Source of the DNA: Candidatus Marinacidobacterales bacterium
GTDB taxonomy: Bacteria; Acidobacteriota; Vicinamibacteria; Marinacidobacterales; SMYC01
DNA: 64,000 nucleotides
Assembly (NCBI GenBank): GCA_965224085.1
Contig: CBDCYI010000011.1
Coordinates: 1,440,001-1,504,000, forward strand
Direction of reading: 5' to 3'
Shown: in pieces, positions 30,856 to 40,431 of the stretch
Layout of the letters: each line of letters starts with the position of its first letter
How positions within the stretch are numbered: position 1 is the first letter of the stretch
The notes under the pieces: model-generated
Database searches by the model: none
What the model was told of the DNA's origin: nothing
Seen by the model: only the letters and a program-made list of their open reading frames with translations
Position numbers and translations under genes: made by a program

Positions 30856-32522
30856 ATGAGACTCGCGCCGAGACTGTTCGTGGCCGGTTTGCTCGTGAGT
30901 CATCCGAGCGCACAAGCTCAGAGATTCTATCCTGACGATCCAATCCAGCGCGACGACGACAGCCTTGACACTCCCGAGAAGCCAGCTGGAATCGAGCTCG
31001 GCGACTTGTACGATCGTTTTTCGCACATTACCAACGATTTTGGCTCCTCCGAAATCGGGAGCGAAGCGCGAAACGTCAACACTTTGGACGAGGTGCCCGA
31101 CAGCAACTGGTTTACCAATCGGCACGGGTGAATCGCATGAGTCTGGAAGAGCTCGTGCGCGGCTCCAATGTCAGTGGAGCGCCAAACCCCGACGAAACGT
31201 GGACCGTCTTCAAAGGCAAGAGCCAGGGTCTCACACCGGGGTTCGAAATCCTCGATAGCAAGGGAGACCGCTACGTCATCAAGCTGGATCCCGTGGGCGT
31301 TCCCGAACTCAGCACCGGCGCGGAAGCGATTGCCACGAAGATCTTCTACGCGATCGGCTACAACACCCCGGAGAACTATATCGTTCGTTTCGACCCCGAC
31401 AACTTCGCGATCCGGGAGGGGACACAGGTCGAAGACACCTTCGGGGACGAACAGGCTCTGACCGAATGGCGGCTGAGGCGGATGATCCGTCGGGTACCGA
31501 GGGCAGAGGACGGGACGATCCGGGTGACGGCAAGCAAGTACATTCGAGGAACACCGATAGGCCCATTTCGCTACTACGAGACCCGGAGCGACGACCCCAA
31601 CGACATCATCTCGCACGAAGACCGCCGGGAGCTGCGCGGCCTCAGGCTCTTCGCCGCGTGGACCAATCACGACGACACACGAGCTCAGAATACCCAGTCC
31701 ACTTGGATCGAAGAGGACGGCAGGCACTTCGTGCGGCACTACTTGCTCGACTTTGGATCTACTTTCGGAAGCGGTTCCGTCGACATGCAGTTTCCGAACC
31801 TGAGCTTCACCTACTGGCTGGACTTCGGCGAGGTGAAGAGGAACACATTCGGCTTTGGATTTCGTGTTCCGAAGTACCGCCACGTCAAATGGCCGTCCTA
31901 TCCGGAATATCAGGCGGTAGGGCGGTGGGAGGGAGAAGCCTTCGATTGCCTCGGTTGGCGCAACGATTATCCCAACCCGGCCTTCGTTCGTATGATGCCG
32001 CGAGACGCCTTTTGGGCAGCAAAGATCATCATGCGCTTCACCAGGGAAGAACTCAGTGCGATCGTGAACACAGGCGAGTATGGCAACCCTGACGTTGCTC
32101 GCTATTTTCTGGACGTACTCGTACAGCGCCAAACCAAGTGCGGAGAGGCCGGCATCAATCGGACCAACCCTCTGGACGATTTCCGCCTCACGGGACGCTA
32201 TATGGAGTTCACGAACGTTTCACAAGCCCATGGCTTCGTCGATTCCGAGACAGAATACTCGTTAAGCTGGTCGCTATTCGACAATCGAACCGGCGCGCGG
32301 GAAGCTCTACGCTCTGCCGTCACGCAGTCACAGACGAGAAGCGAGCTTCCCGAGCGACCTCGCAAGGGCCCCGACGATTTTCTCCTGGCTGAGCTCCGCT
32401 CCATCAACACGGATTTTCCTCATTGGGACGCACCGATCACCGTCTACCTTCGACCCGTCGGCGGCGGCTATCGCATTGTCGGGGTCGATCGAGCGCAGCG
32501 GGCACAAGAAGAAGATCCGTAG
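30856..32522 (+). CDS. Exported atypical kinase-fold protein (1-nt frameshift at 31126-31128)
   Basis: AGGAGG RBS, signal peptide ending AQA; KGKSQGLTPGF, YVIK, NHDDTRAQN and LLDFGS motifs; the two ORFs join if GGG is GGGG. Confidence 0.7.
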
Positions 32523-32723
32523 ATATGGAGCGCGCTCGCATTCCGCTTCACCGCTCTGCGATGTCATCGAAAAGATACCCTTGAATTTCGGTTCAAGACT
32601 GAGGTCCTAGGCCTAGGATTCGCAGGGCATTTCGACTTCGTCGCCACGCGGGACACCCCGAGCCAGACCCGGAAATTTATGTCTTGGTTGGCCCGCCCCC
32701 TGTGTTTGTAGTTGTCTTAGATT

Positions 32724-33725
32724 CTATGGTTGCGGCGCGCGTGACAAGAGTCTTTCTTTTAGTGCTTGACACACAACCACGGAAGTCAGGGCAGTAATGG
32801 GGTTGGTTTCAACTGGCTGTTCTGAATAATCATTCGCGCGGAGATGAATTTGATTTTCACCGTAAGCACCGATCTGTTCGGGGTCGGTCGGACCATACAG
32901 CGTTAGTGCAGGAACATTTAATGCGCCGCATAAATGTCCTAGGCCCGTGTCGACAGCCACCACTGCGCTGGCCTGAGCCAGCACACAAGCAACACCATGT
33001 AAATTCAAGCGAGGCAAAACTTCGACCCCCGCTATGTCGTTTGCAATACGAACGGCGCGGTCCCGCTCATGCGCCTCACCCCAGGGCAATCGAATGCGAT
33101 AGCCCTCAGCTGTGAGCCGCCGCGCCAAGTCTCGCCAATAGTCTTCCGGGTAAAGTTTGCATTCTCGCGCTGTTGCATGCAAGAACACAATGTTCGCAGA
33201 CTCAGCCGATGAGCCTGTGAAGCGGTGTCGACTAATACCATAGTCGCCTCGCCCCTGTGGCAGGGTATATCCCAAGGCCTGCGAAAATAGCTGACGAATT
33301 CTTTCCACTGCATGCTGTTGCTTGGAGACGGAATACTTTGCATGATAGGCCCAAGAGGCAAGGGGTTCGCGAATGGATTCTTTGTCGAATCCCGCGTTCG
33401 GTGCTTTCACAAGCTTTGATAGCCATGCACTTTTGAACAAACCCTGGCAGTCGATGACTAAATCATAGTGGTGACGGCGCAATTGCGTTTTGAATTGCCG
33501 CCACTCCGCGGAAACCCAGTGCTTAAGAAAATTTTTCCGCCAGCGCCGAATAGCCACAGGGATAACCTGATCAATCGCTGGGTGCCAACTGGGAATTTCC
33601 TGAAAGCCTTCCTCCACCACCCAATCAAAAATATACGAGGGGTAGGCTGCTTTGGCATCGGTGAGTGCCGGCAAGGCGTGAATAACATCGCCCATCGATG
33701 AGGTTTTTACGACCAAAACTCGCAT
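32724..33725 (-). CDS. waaC: Lipopolysaccharide heptosyltransferase I
   Basis: VKTSSMGDVIH.LPALTD, DWVVEE, D.QGL.KSA, HAVER.RQLF, VDTGLGHL; visibly AT-richer codons. Confidence 0.93.
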   Translation of the reverse strand: MRVLVVKTSSMGDVIHALPALTDAKAAYPSYIFDWVVEEGFQEIPSWHPAIDQVIPVAIRRWRKNFLKHWVSAEWRQFKTQLRRHHYDLVIDCQGLFKSAWLSKLVKAPNAGFDKESIREPLASWAYHAKYSVSKQQHAVERIRQLFSQALGYTLPQGRGDYGISRHRFTGSSAESANIVFLHATARECKLYPEDYWRDLARRLTAEGYRIRLPWGEAHERDRAVRIANDIAGVEVLPRLNLHGVACVLAQASAVVAVDTGLGHLCGALNVPALTLYGPTDPEQIGAYGENQIHLRANDYSEQPVETNPITALTSVVVCQALKERLLSRAPQP

Positions 33726-33745
33726 ATCCAAAAAGCTAATTAACG

Positions 33746-34684
33746 CTACTGCGACTCCCCGCAGAACGGACAGCTCGTGCTTCGCGCATGGAGGGGTTTG
33801 CGGCAGTTCCAGCAGAAGCCTGCGGAGGTTTTCTCTCTTGCTCTCAGTCTCGAGCGGATGTCTTCGAGGCGCGAGGCGCGGTGATCGATCTCGCTCGCGG
33901 TGCCGAGATCGTCTAGGAGCTCTCGCGTGCGCTGGTAGCGGTCGGAGATATCGGGGGCTAGCGCGCGCATGATGATCTCCTCCATCTCTACCGGGATCGT
34001 TTTGTTGCGCTCGCGGGGGCGCACGGCGCGGCCAGAGAGCGCCATCTTCTCCAGCTGTCTCGGATTGGCACTGAAGTAAGGGAGGACGCCGGTCATCATC
34101 TCGTACATGATGACGCCGAGCGAGTAGACGTCGGAGGAGAACATGGCGCGTCCCTGGAACTGCTCGGGCGCCATGTAGGGCGGGCTCCCGATGATCGTCG
34201 ACGCGTGCTCCGCGACTTCGAGGAAGCGGGACGTGCCGAAATCCGTAATCTTGATCTGGCCCTCAGGTGTCACCAAAACGTTCCCTGGCCGCAAATCGCG
34301 ATGGAGAACACCCTGAGCGTGAGCATATTCGACACCCGTGGCAAGTTGGCGCGCGAAATCGGTTGCTTGCTCGATACCGAGACCGTTCTCGCGCTCGAGC
34401 ATGGCTTCGAGGCTCTCACCTTCGACGAATTCCATGACGATGAAGAAGTAGTCTTCAGCTTTCTCAGCGGTGACGATGCTGACGATGTTTGCATGGTCTA
34501 GCGCCGCAAGTAGCCTCGGCTCTCGGAGCAACTCGTCGAACTCACCATTTTGTTTGTGCGGCACCTTGATCGCGACTTTCTTGTCGATCCACGTGTCGCG
34601 AACGAGATAGACCGTTCCGAATCCCCCGCTCCCTAGCGTCTTGAGGACCTCGTACTTGCCGAGTTGGTTTCCGAGGAAAAACAT
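33746..34684 (-). CDS. Hanks-type Ser/Thr protein kinase with C-terminal zinc ribbon
   Basis: GSGGFG, VAIK, HRDLRPGN, DFG, YMAPE, DVYSLG; CWNC...CPFC tail. Confidence 0.93.
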   Translation of the reverse strand: MFFLGNQLGKYEVLKTLGSGGFGTVYLVRDTWIDKKVAIKVPHKQNGEFDELLREPRLLAALDHANIVSIVTAEKAEDYFFIVMEFVEGESLEAMLERENGLGIEQATDFARQLATGVEYAHAQGVLHRDLRPGNVLVTPEGQIKITDFGTSRFLEVAEHASTIIGSPPYMAPEQFQGRAMFSSDVYSLGVIMYEMMTGVLPYFSANPRQLEKMALSGRAVRPRERNKTIPVEMEEIIMRALAPDISDRYQRTRELLDDLGTASEIDHRASRLEDIRSRLRAREKTSAGFCWNCRKPLHARSTSCPFCGESQ

Positions 34685-34752
34685 CTGAGCGGCGCGCAGT
34701 ATAACATCCGCTTCGTCTCGGCTCGGCCACCAGCAATCGATCGCTCGATGTG

Positions 34753-34781
34753 TTGACAACACAAGGGTTTTTACCTAGCAT
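34753..34781 (+). promoter_or_regulatory. Putative sigma70 promoter of pilT
   Basis: TTGACA-17 bp-TAGCAT. Confidence 0.55.
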
Positions 34782-34892
34782 AGATCCTTAGAGGAAACTT
34801 TTTTTCAGCGCAAACTGAGTGAGTAAGTGTGTTTTCAAAAAGCGCTATCTATCCGTTCTACGAGATAATCTCGCCGGGAGCAGGGACAGAAC

Positions 34893-36252
34893 ATGCATAT
34901 TAACGACTTGTTAACCCTAATCGCAAAATCTTCGAAGCACGAAAACGCGAAACAGCCGCACTGGGCGCAGGCGAGAAGCTCGTGCTGGGGCACCCGCTCG
35001 CCGCCACTATAGGTGATTCTGCACGGTGTATGCAGAACCTGGAAAAGGTGCTATTCACGGGGCCAAAGACCTCAGACACGGTGACGTTTATTTGCGATTA
35101 GGGTTAAAAGTCGCATCGGAGCGCAAGGCGTCCGATTTGCACCTCAAGGTGGGAAGCCATCCTGTCATTCGCGTCGCCGGAGAGCTCGTCCCGCTCGTGG
35201 AAATGAAGCGCTTGATGCAAGAGGACACCATCGCGATGGCGTTCTCCATCATGAGCAACCGTCAGAAGCAGAAGTTCAAGGACAATCTCGAGATCGATAT
35301 CGCCTACAGTGTCCCTGGGCTCGGACGTTTTCGAGCCAACGTATTCCAGCAGCGCGGCACCGTGGGCCTCGTCCTTCGTGTCATCCCCGTCAAGATTCTC
35401 ACCATCCGAGAGCTGGGCCTGCCACTCGTGCTCGAGAAGATCTCGCAGGAGACGCGCGGGCTCATCCTCTGCACCGGAACGACTGGTTCGGGCAAGTCCA
35501 CCACGCTCGCGGCGATGATCGACTACATCAACTCGCATCGCTGCGAGCACATCATGACGATCGAGGATCCGATCGAGTTTCTCCACCGCGACAAAAAGTC
35601 GATTGTGAACCAGCGCGAGGTCGAAGTCGACACGAAGAGCTTCGCGGGGGCGCTCAGAAGCGCCTTGCGTCAGGATCCCGATGTCATCCTCGTCGGTGAG
35701 ATGAGGGACTACGAAACCATCGAGACCGCCATAACCGCCGCGGAAACGGGTCATTTGGTGCTCTCGACGCTCCATACCCTCGATGCCACGGAAACGGTTA
35801 ACCGCATCATCGCGGTCTTTCCCCCGCATCAACAGAAACAAATTCGACTGCAGCTCGCTGGCGTCCTCAAAGCCGTCGTTTCCATGCGACTCATCCCGCG
35901 TGCCGACGGGCATGGCCGTGTGCCCGCCGCGGAAGTAATGATCGCGACCCCGTTCATCCGTGACTGCATCATAAACAAAGACCAAACAAAGCTCATCCAC
36001 GAGGCCATCGCCGCGGGCGTCTCCCAGTACGGAATGCAGACCTTCGATCAGTCCATCTTCAACCTCTACAAGAAAGATCTCATCACGTATGACGAGGCCT
36101 TGAGGCGCGCTAGCAACCCGGACGAGTTCAAGCTCAAGATCCAGGGCATCCAGTCCACTAGCGACCTGGCCCAAGAAGAGATGGAACGCAGCATGACCGA
36201 CTTCATGGACGAGGGCGGTGCCGGTGGAGGAAGCGAGTTCGAGCTCACTTGA
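34893..36252 (+). CDS. pilT: Type IV pilus retraction ATPase, interrupted after codon 7 by a MITE
   Basis: MHINDLL|KVASERKASDLHLKVG reconstructs after removing the insert; GTTGSGKST, TIEDPIE, RQDPDVILVGEMRD, AETGHLV.STLH, GMQTFD. Confidence 0.93.
34915..35103. mobile_element. MITE-like non-autonomous element, 189 bp
   Basis: TIRs CCCTAATCGCAAA / TTTGCGATTAGGG flanked by TTAA at 34911-34914 and 35104-35107; no transposase inside. Confidence 0.9.
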
Positions 36253-36754
36253 TGGGTCCGTCCCCAAACGCTCGAAGGCCAAAGCACACGACTTTGCGCT
36301 GAGAAGGCTCGCTCGCCGCTCCCATAGTGAAGGCGAGCTCACGCGCAAGATGGCCCGCGCCGGCTATCCCGATGACGAGATCGTCGAAACGATCGATTTT
36401 CTTCGGGCACACGGCTATTTGGACGACGTCACTTTCGCTCGCGATTTCGCACGCGCGCGAGCGAATCGTCGGCGCTGGGGCCCAGCGCGCATCGAGACAG
36501 CGCTTCGAGCGCTCGCGCTCGCCGAGCAACCTATCAAGGCGGCCCTCGCAGAGGTATTCCCCTCCGGTGAGCGCGAGGCCTGTGAGCGCGCTCTCCTCCG
36601 TTTTCTCGCGCGCGAGCGTCGCTCGCTTTCCCCGGCAAAACGCAAAGCGCGCGCCTATCGCCACCTGCTTTCACGAGGATTCGCGCCTGAGACAGCTCAT
36701 GAATTGGTATCCAACCGCGATTTCGAGGATACTGACGGGTTAGAATCTGAGTAA
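36218..36754 (+). CDS. recX: Regulatory protein RecX (start uncertain)
   Basis: ALRRLARRSHSEGEL, GYLDDVTFA, WGPARI, LLSRGF; precedes alaS. Confidence 0.88.
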   Translation: MPVEEASSSSLDGSVPKRSKAKAHDFALRRLARRSHSEGELTRKMARAGYPDDEIVETIDFLRAHGYLDDVTFARDFARARANRRRWGPARIETALRALALAEQPIKAALAEVFPSGEREACERALLRFLARERRSLSPAKRKARAYRHLLSRGFAPETAHELVSNRDFEDTDGLESE

Positions 36755-36764
36755 TCGATCCGAC

Positions 36765-39446
36765 ATGAAGGTCAAAGACATCCGAAAGCGCTTCCTCGAC
36801 TACTTTGCTAAAAAAGAGCATCGTGTCGTCGCGAGCTCTTCGCTCGTTCCCATTTCCGACCCTACCCTCCTTTTCATCAATGCCGGTATGAATCAGTTCA
36901 AGGATGTGTTCCTTGGCCTCGAGGCCCGCGACTACAACCGCGCAACAACGGCCCAGAAATGCGTCCGTGCCGGCGGAAAACACAACGATCTCGAGAATGT
37001 CGGCGTCACCGCACGCCATCACACCTTCTTCGAAATGCTTGGCAATTTTTCCTTTGGCGACTACTTCAAAAAAGAAGCCGTGGACTTCGCGTGGGAGTTT
37101 CTCGTCGACGAGCTGAAGCTAGATCCCGAGCGGCTCGTCGTCACCATCTTCGAAGGCGATGACGACGTGCCCCGCGACGCGTCCGCCTACGATTTTTGGC
37201 GAAAGTATTTCGAGCCCGAATTTATCCACGAGCTCGGCCGAAAGGACAACTTTTGGTCCATGGGCGATACCGGCCCTTGCGGTCCGTGCTCCGAGATCCA
37301 CTTCTTTCAAGGCGATCACTTGCCTTGCGACGAGACGAAGTGCCTCGGCGTCGCCTGCGAGTGCGACCGCTGGCTCGAGATCTGGAATCTCGTATTCATG
37401 CAGTTCAACCGCGCCGAGGATAAGAAGCTGCACCCTCTGCCCCAGCCAAGCGTCGATACCGGCATGGGCCTCGAGCGAATCGCGGCGGTTGTCCAGAACG
37501 TTTCCAGCAACTACGACACGGATTTATTCACTGAGCTCCTCGACGCCATCGGCCGGCGCATGGGCAAAACCTACCAGCGGAGCGCGTCCGACGACGACGT
37601 CTCTTTCCGTGTTATCGCCGACCACGTCCGAGCGAGCACATTCTTGATTTCCGACGGGGTGATGCCGGCTAATGAAGGTCGAGGCTACGTGCTCCGCAAG
37701 ATCATGCGCCGCGGGATGCGCCACGGCAAGAAGCTCGGGATCAGAGAGCCGTTTCTCTTCGAGCTGACCGAAAACGTGATCGAGGAGATGCAGGACGCTT
37801 ACCCGGAGCTTTTGCTCTCGCGCGAGCTCGTCCGACGGGTCGTGAAATCTGAAGAGGAGCGTTTCGGCACAACGCTCGCCACTGGAATAGCCGCGCTCGA
37901 AGAACAACTCGGAAAAGAAACTATTTTCAAGAGCAAAGTACTTCCGGGACCCGAGGCCTTCAAGCTCTACGACACGTTCGGTGTGCCTCTCGATCTTCTC
38001 GTCGACATCGCGTCCGAATCCGGGGTCGCTGTGGATTCCGAGGGCTTCGATAGGGAAATGGAACGCCAACGCACCAAGGCCCGCGCGTCATGGAAAAAGA
38101 TCGCGGCCGTGCCCTATCGATCCATTTACGGAGAGCTACGCGGGCGCTTCGAGACGCGCTTTGACGGCTACGATCACGAGAAAATATCGGAGTCACGCAT
38201 CCTCGCTCTCACGAAAGACGGCGTGGAGGTGCCCGAGCTTCGCGAGGGCGACGAAGGCGAAGTTTTCCTCGACAAGACGCCCTTCTATCCGGAAGGCGGC
38301 GGCCAGGTCGGTGACCGTGGGGTGATCGCTGGCCCAGACGGTGTCGCCGACGTCGTGAACACACAGTCGCCAGTGAGCGCGCTCGTAAGCCATCACGTTC
38401 GCGTGAGCAAAGGAACTCTCGGCCATGAGCAAAGCGTCGTCGCGAGCGTCGACGCCACGTCGCGCAAAGGCGCGGCATCGCACCACACGATTACCCACAT
38501 ACTCCACGCAGCGCTTCGAGAGACCCTCGGCCCTCACGTGAAGCAGGCGGGCTCTCTCGTGGCGCCCAATCGATTGAGGTTCGACTTTTCGCACTTCGCG
38601 CCAATGACTCGCGGAGAGCTTCAGCAAGTCGAAGGCCGGGTGAACGAGAAGATCCAAGAAGATTTGGATGTCGCGACCGACACGTTGTCTCTCGACGAGG
38701 CGCTCGCGCGCGGCGCCATGGCCTTCTTTGGTGAGAAGTACGGTGACCGTGTTCGCATCGTCGAGATCCCCGAGTTCAGCCTCGAGCTTTGCGGCGGGAC
38801 GCATCTGCGCCGCACAGGCGAGGCCGGCCCTTTCCTCATCACGAACGAATCCTCGGTCGCGTCCGGTATCCGGCGCGTCGAGGCTTTGACCGCTCTTGCC
38901 GCGATAGAGCATTGGCAGAAGCGGAACATTTTGCTCGAGCAAGCAAGCCACGCGCTCAAAACACGGCCGGACGAGCTCTCTCGAACTGCCTCGCGGCTAC
39001 GCGAAGAGCTCAAGCGCAAAGAGCGCGAGGTGGAAGACCTCAAGCTCAAGCTCGCCACCGGGGGCGTGGCTAGCGCCGATGCCGAGACAACGACGATCGG
39101 CGACGTCGTCGTTTGGACGCCCGCGCCTCTCACCGGCTACGGAAAGAAACAACATCGTCAAGTCGTCGATACGTTCAAGGAGAAGCACCAAAAGGCGTCT
39201 TGGGTGGCCATTTCCACCGCGGTCAACGACGACAAAGTGTCTCTCATCGTCGAAGTCTCGAAAGGCCTCGTCGACCAGATTCGCGCCGACCAGCTCATCA
39301 AAGAGCTCGCTACCATCATCGAGGGTCGCGGCGGCGGCAAGGCCGAGCGTGCGGAAGCCGGAGGCGGCTTTCCCGATCGCGTTGACGAGCTTCTCGAGCG
39401 TGGTCTCGATCTCGTGCGCCTCGCGCTTTCAGGACAACGTGTATAA
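36765..39446 (+). CDS. alaS: Alanine--tRNA ligase
   Basis: NAGMNQFK, HHTFFEMLGNFSFGDYFK, GPCGPCSEI, DTGMGLER, HTITH, ELCGGTH, GRGGG. Confidence 0.98.
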   Translation: MKVKDIRKRFLDYFAKKEHRVVASSSLVPISDPTLLFINAGMNQFKDVFLGLEARDYNRATTAQKCVRAGGKHNDLENVGVTARHHTFFEMLGNFSFGDYFKKEAVDFAWEFLVDELKLDPERLVVTIFEGDDDVPRDASAYDFWRKYFEPEFIHELGRKDNFWSMGDTGPCGPCSEIHFFQGDHLPCDETKCLGVACECDRWLEIWNLVFMQFNRAEDKKLHPLPQPSVDTGMGLERIAAVVQNVSSNYDTDLFTELLDAIGRRMGKTYQRSASDDDVSFRVIADHVRASTFLISDGVMPANEGRGYVLRKIMRRGMRHGKKLGIREPFLFELTENVIEEMQDAYPELLLSRELVRRVVKSEEERFGTTLATGIAALEEQLGKETIFKSKVLPGPEAFKLYDTFGVPLDLLVDIASESGVAVDSEGFDREMERQRTKARASWKKIAAVPYRSIYGELRGRFETRFDGYDHEKISESRILALTKDGVEVPELREGDEGEVFLDKTPFYPEGGGQVGDRGVIAGPDGVADVVNTQSPVSALVSHHVRVSKGTLGHEQSVVASVDATSRKGAASHHTITHILHAALRETLGPHVKQAGSLVAPNRLRFDFSHFAPMTRGELQQVEGRVNEKIQEDLDVATDTLSLDEALARGAMAFFGEKYGDRVRIVEIPEFSLELCGGTHLRRTGEAGPFLITNESSVASGIRRVEALTALAAIEHWQKRNILLEQASHALKTRPDELSRTASRLREELKRKEREVEDLKLKLATGGVASADAETTTIGDVVVWTPAPLTGYGKKQHRQVVDTFKEKHQKASWVAISTAVNDDKVSLIVEVSKGLVDQIRADQLIKELATIIEGRGGGKAERAEAGGGFPDRVDELLERGLDLVRLALSGQRV

Positions 39447-40347
39447 GCTCACCATTTGCCTGCTCGGACTGGCCTGGCTCGGCTCGGCCGCTCTCGGCGA
39501 AGCCCAAGTCTACGGCTATACCGACGATAACGGCGTGTTCATTCTCTCGAACGTTCCCACCGACGACCGGATGCGAATGATCGCCGATGGAACCGCCGAG
39601 CCCTCCAGCAAGGTATGGCGCTACACGGGACAGTACGACCCGATGATTCTGAAGGCGTCGCGCATCCACGGCGTCGAGTCCGCGCTCGTGCGCGCCGTGA
39701 TCGCCGTCGAGTCGGCCTTCAATCGCTACGCACGATCCCACAAAGGCGCCCTCGGCCTGATGCAGCTGATGCCGGCCACCGGGCGGATGTACGGAGTCGT
39801 CAACCCCTACGACCCTTGGCAAAACATCCGCGCCGGTACCGAGCATCTCCGAAGTCTCATCAACGAGTTCAGCGACATCCGACTCGCGCTCGCAGCCTAT
39901 AACGCGGGCGCGACCCCGGTCCGGCGCTATAACGGCATCCCGCCCTATCGCGAGACTCGGGCCTACGTGAAAAAGGTGATGGCCATTTATCGTGCTGGCA
40001 GCAAGATCCAGATCGTCAAGGGCGATCTTGTCTACAGCATCGGCCAGCCGGGAGGCCAGGCGCGCGTCACGAAGTTTCACGGACAAGCCGTAGCGAGCGC
40101 GCAACCACCCGCAGAAGCAGCACCCGAGAGCCTCGGCGAAGTCGCGCGGCGGAACCAGGCGCGGCGCGCTGCCGCAGCCAATGCGCCGCTCCCGCTCGTC
40201 ACCGACCACGAATCGCTTCCACAAACACAGCAAACACTACAAGATACTGCCGAGGCTCCTTACTACCGCTACGTCGACAGCGACGGCGTGGTGCGCATCA
40301 CCCGTGTGCGCCCCCCGAGCTTTCCCTACGACGTGCTACAACCGTGA
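39439..40347 (+). CDS. Lytic transglycosylase (SLT domain), exported
   Basis: Signal peptide, AVIAVES, GALGLMQLMP, LAAYNAG, ETRAYV. Confidence 0.92.
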   Translation: MYKLTICLLGLAWLGSAALGEAQVYGYTDDNGVFILSNVPTDDRMRMIADGTAEPSSKVWRYTGQYDPMILKASRIHGVESALVRAVIAVESAFNRYARSHKGALGLMQLMPATGRMYGVVNPYDPWQNIRAGTEHLRSLINEFSDIRLALAAYNAGATPVRRYNGIPPYRETRAYVKKVMAIYRAGSKIQIVKGDLVYSIGQPGGQARVTKFHGQAVASAQPPAEAAPESLGEVARRNQARRAAAANAPLPLVTDHESLPQTQQTLQDTAEAPYYRYVDSDGVVRITRVRPPSFPYDVLQP

Positions 40348-40431
40348 GCACCTGCCAGTTTTCCGCAGAATGAGATAATATTGTCGAGCTGAGTCTCCCT
40401 CAACCGATACGGTTATCTGAGCGCTTTTTCT

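Noticed and set aside
33732-33745. Integron attC/attI explanation for waaC (GTTAATT upstream on the minus strand)
   Set aside because: Does not match GTTRRRY; no inverse core/attC hairpin or integrase seen
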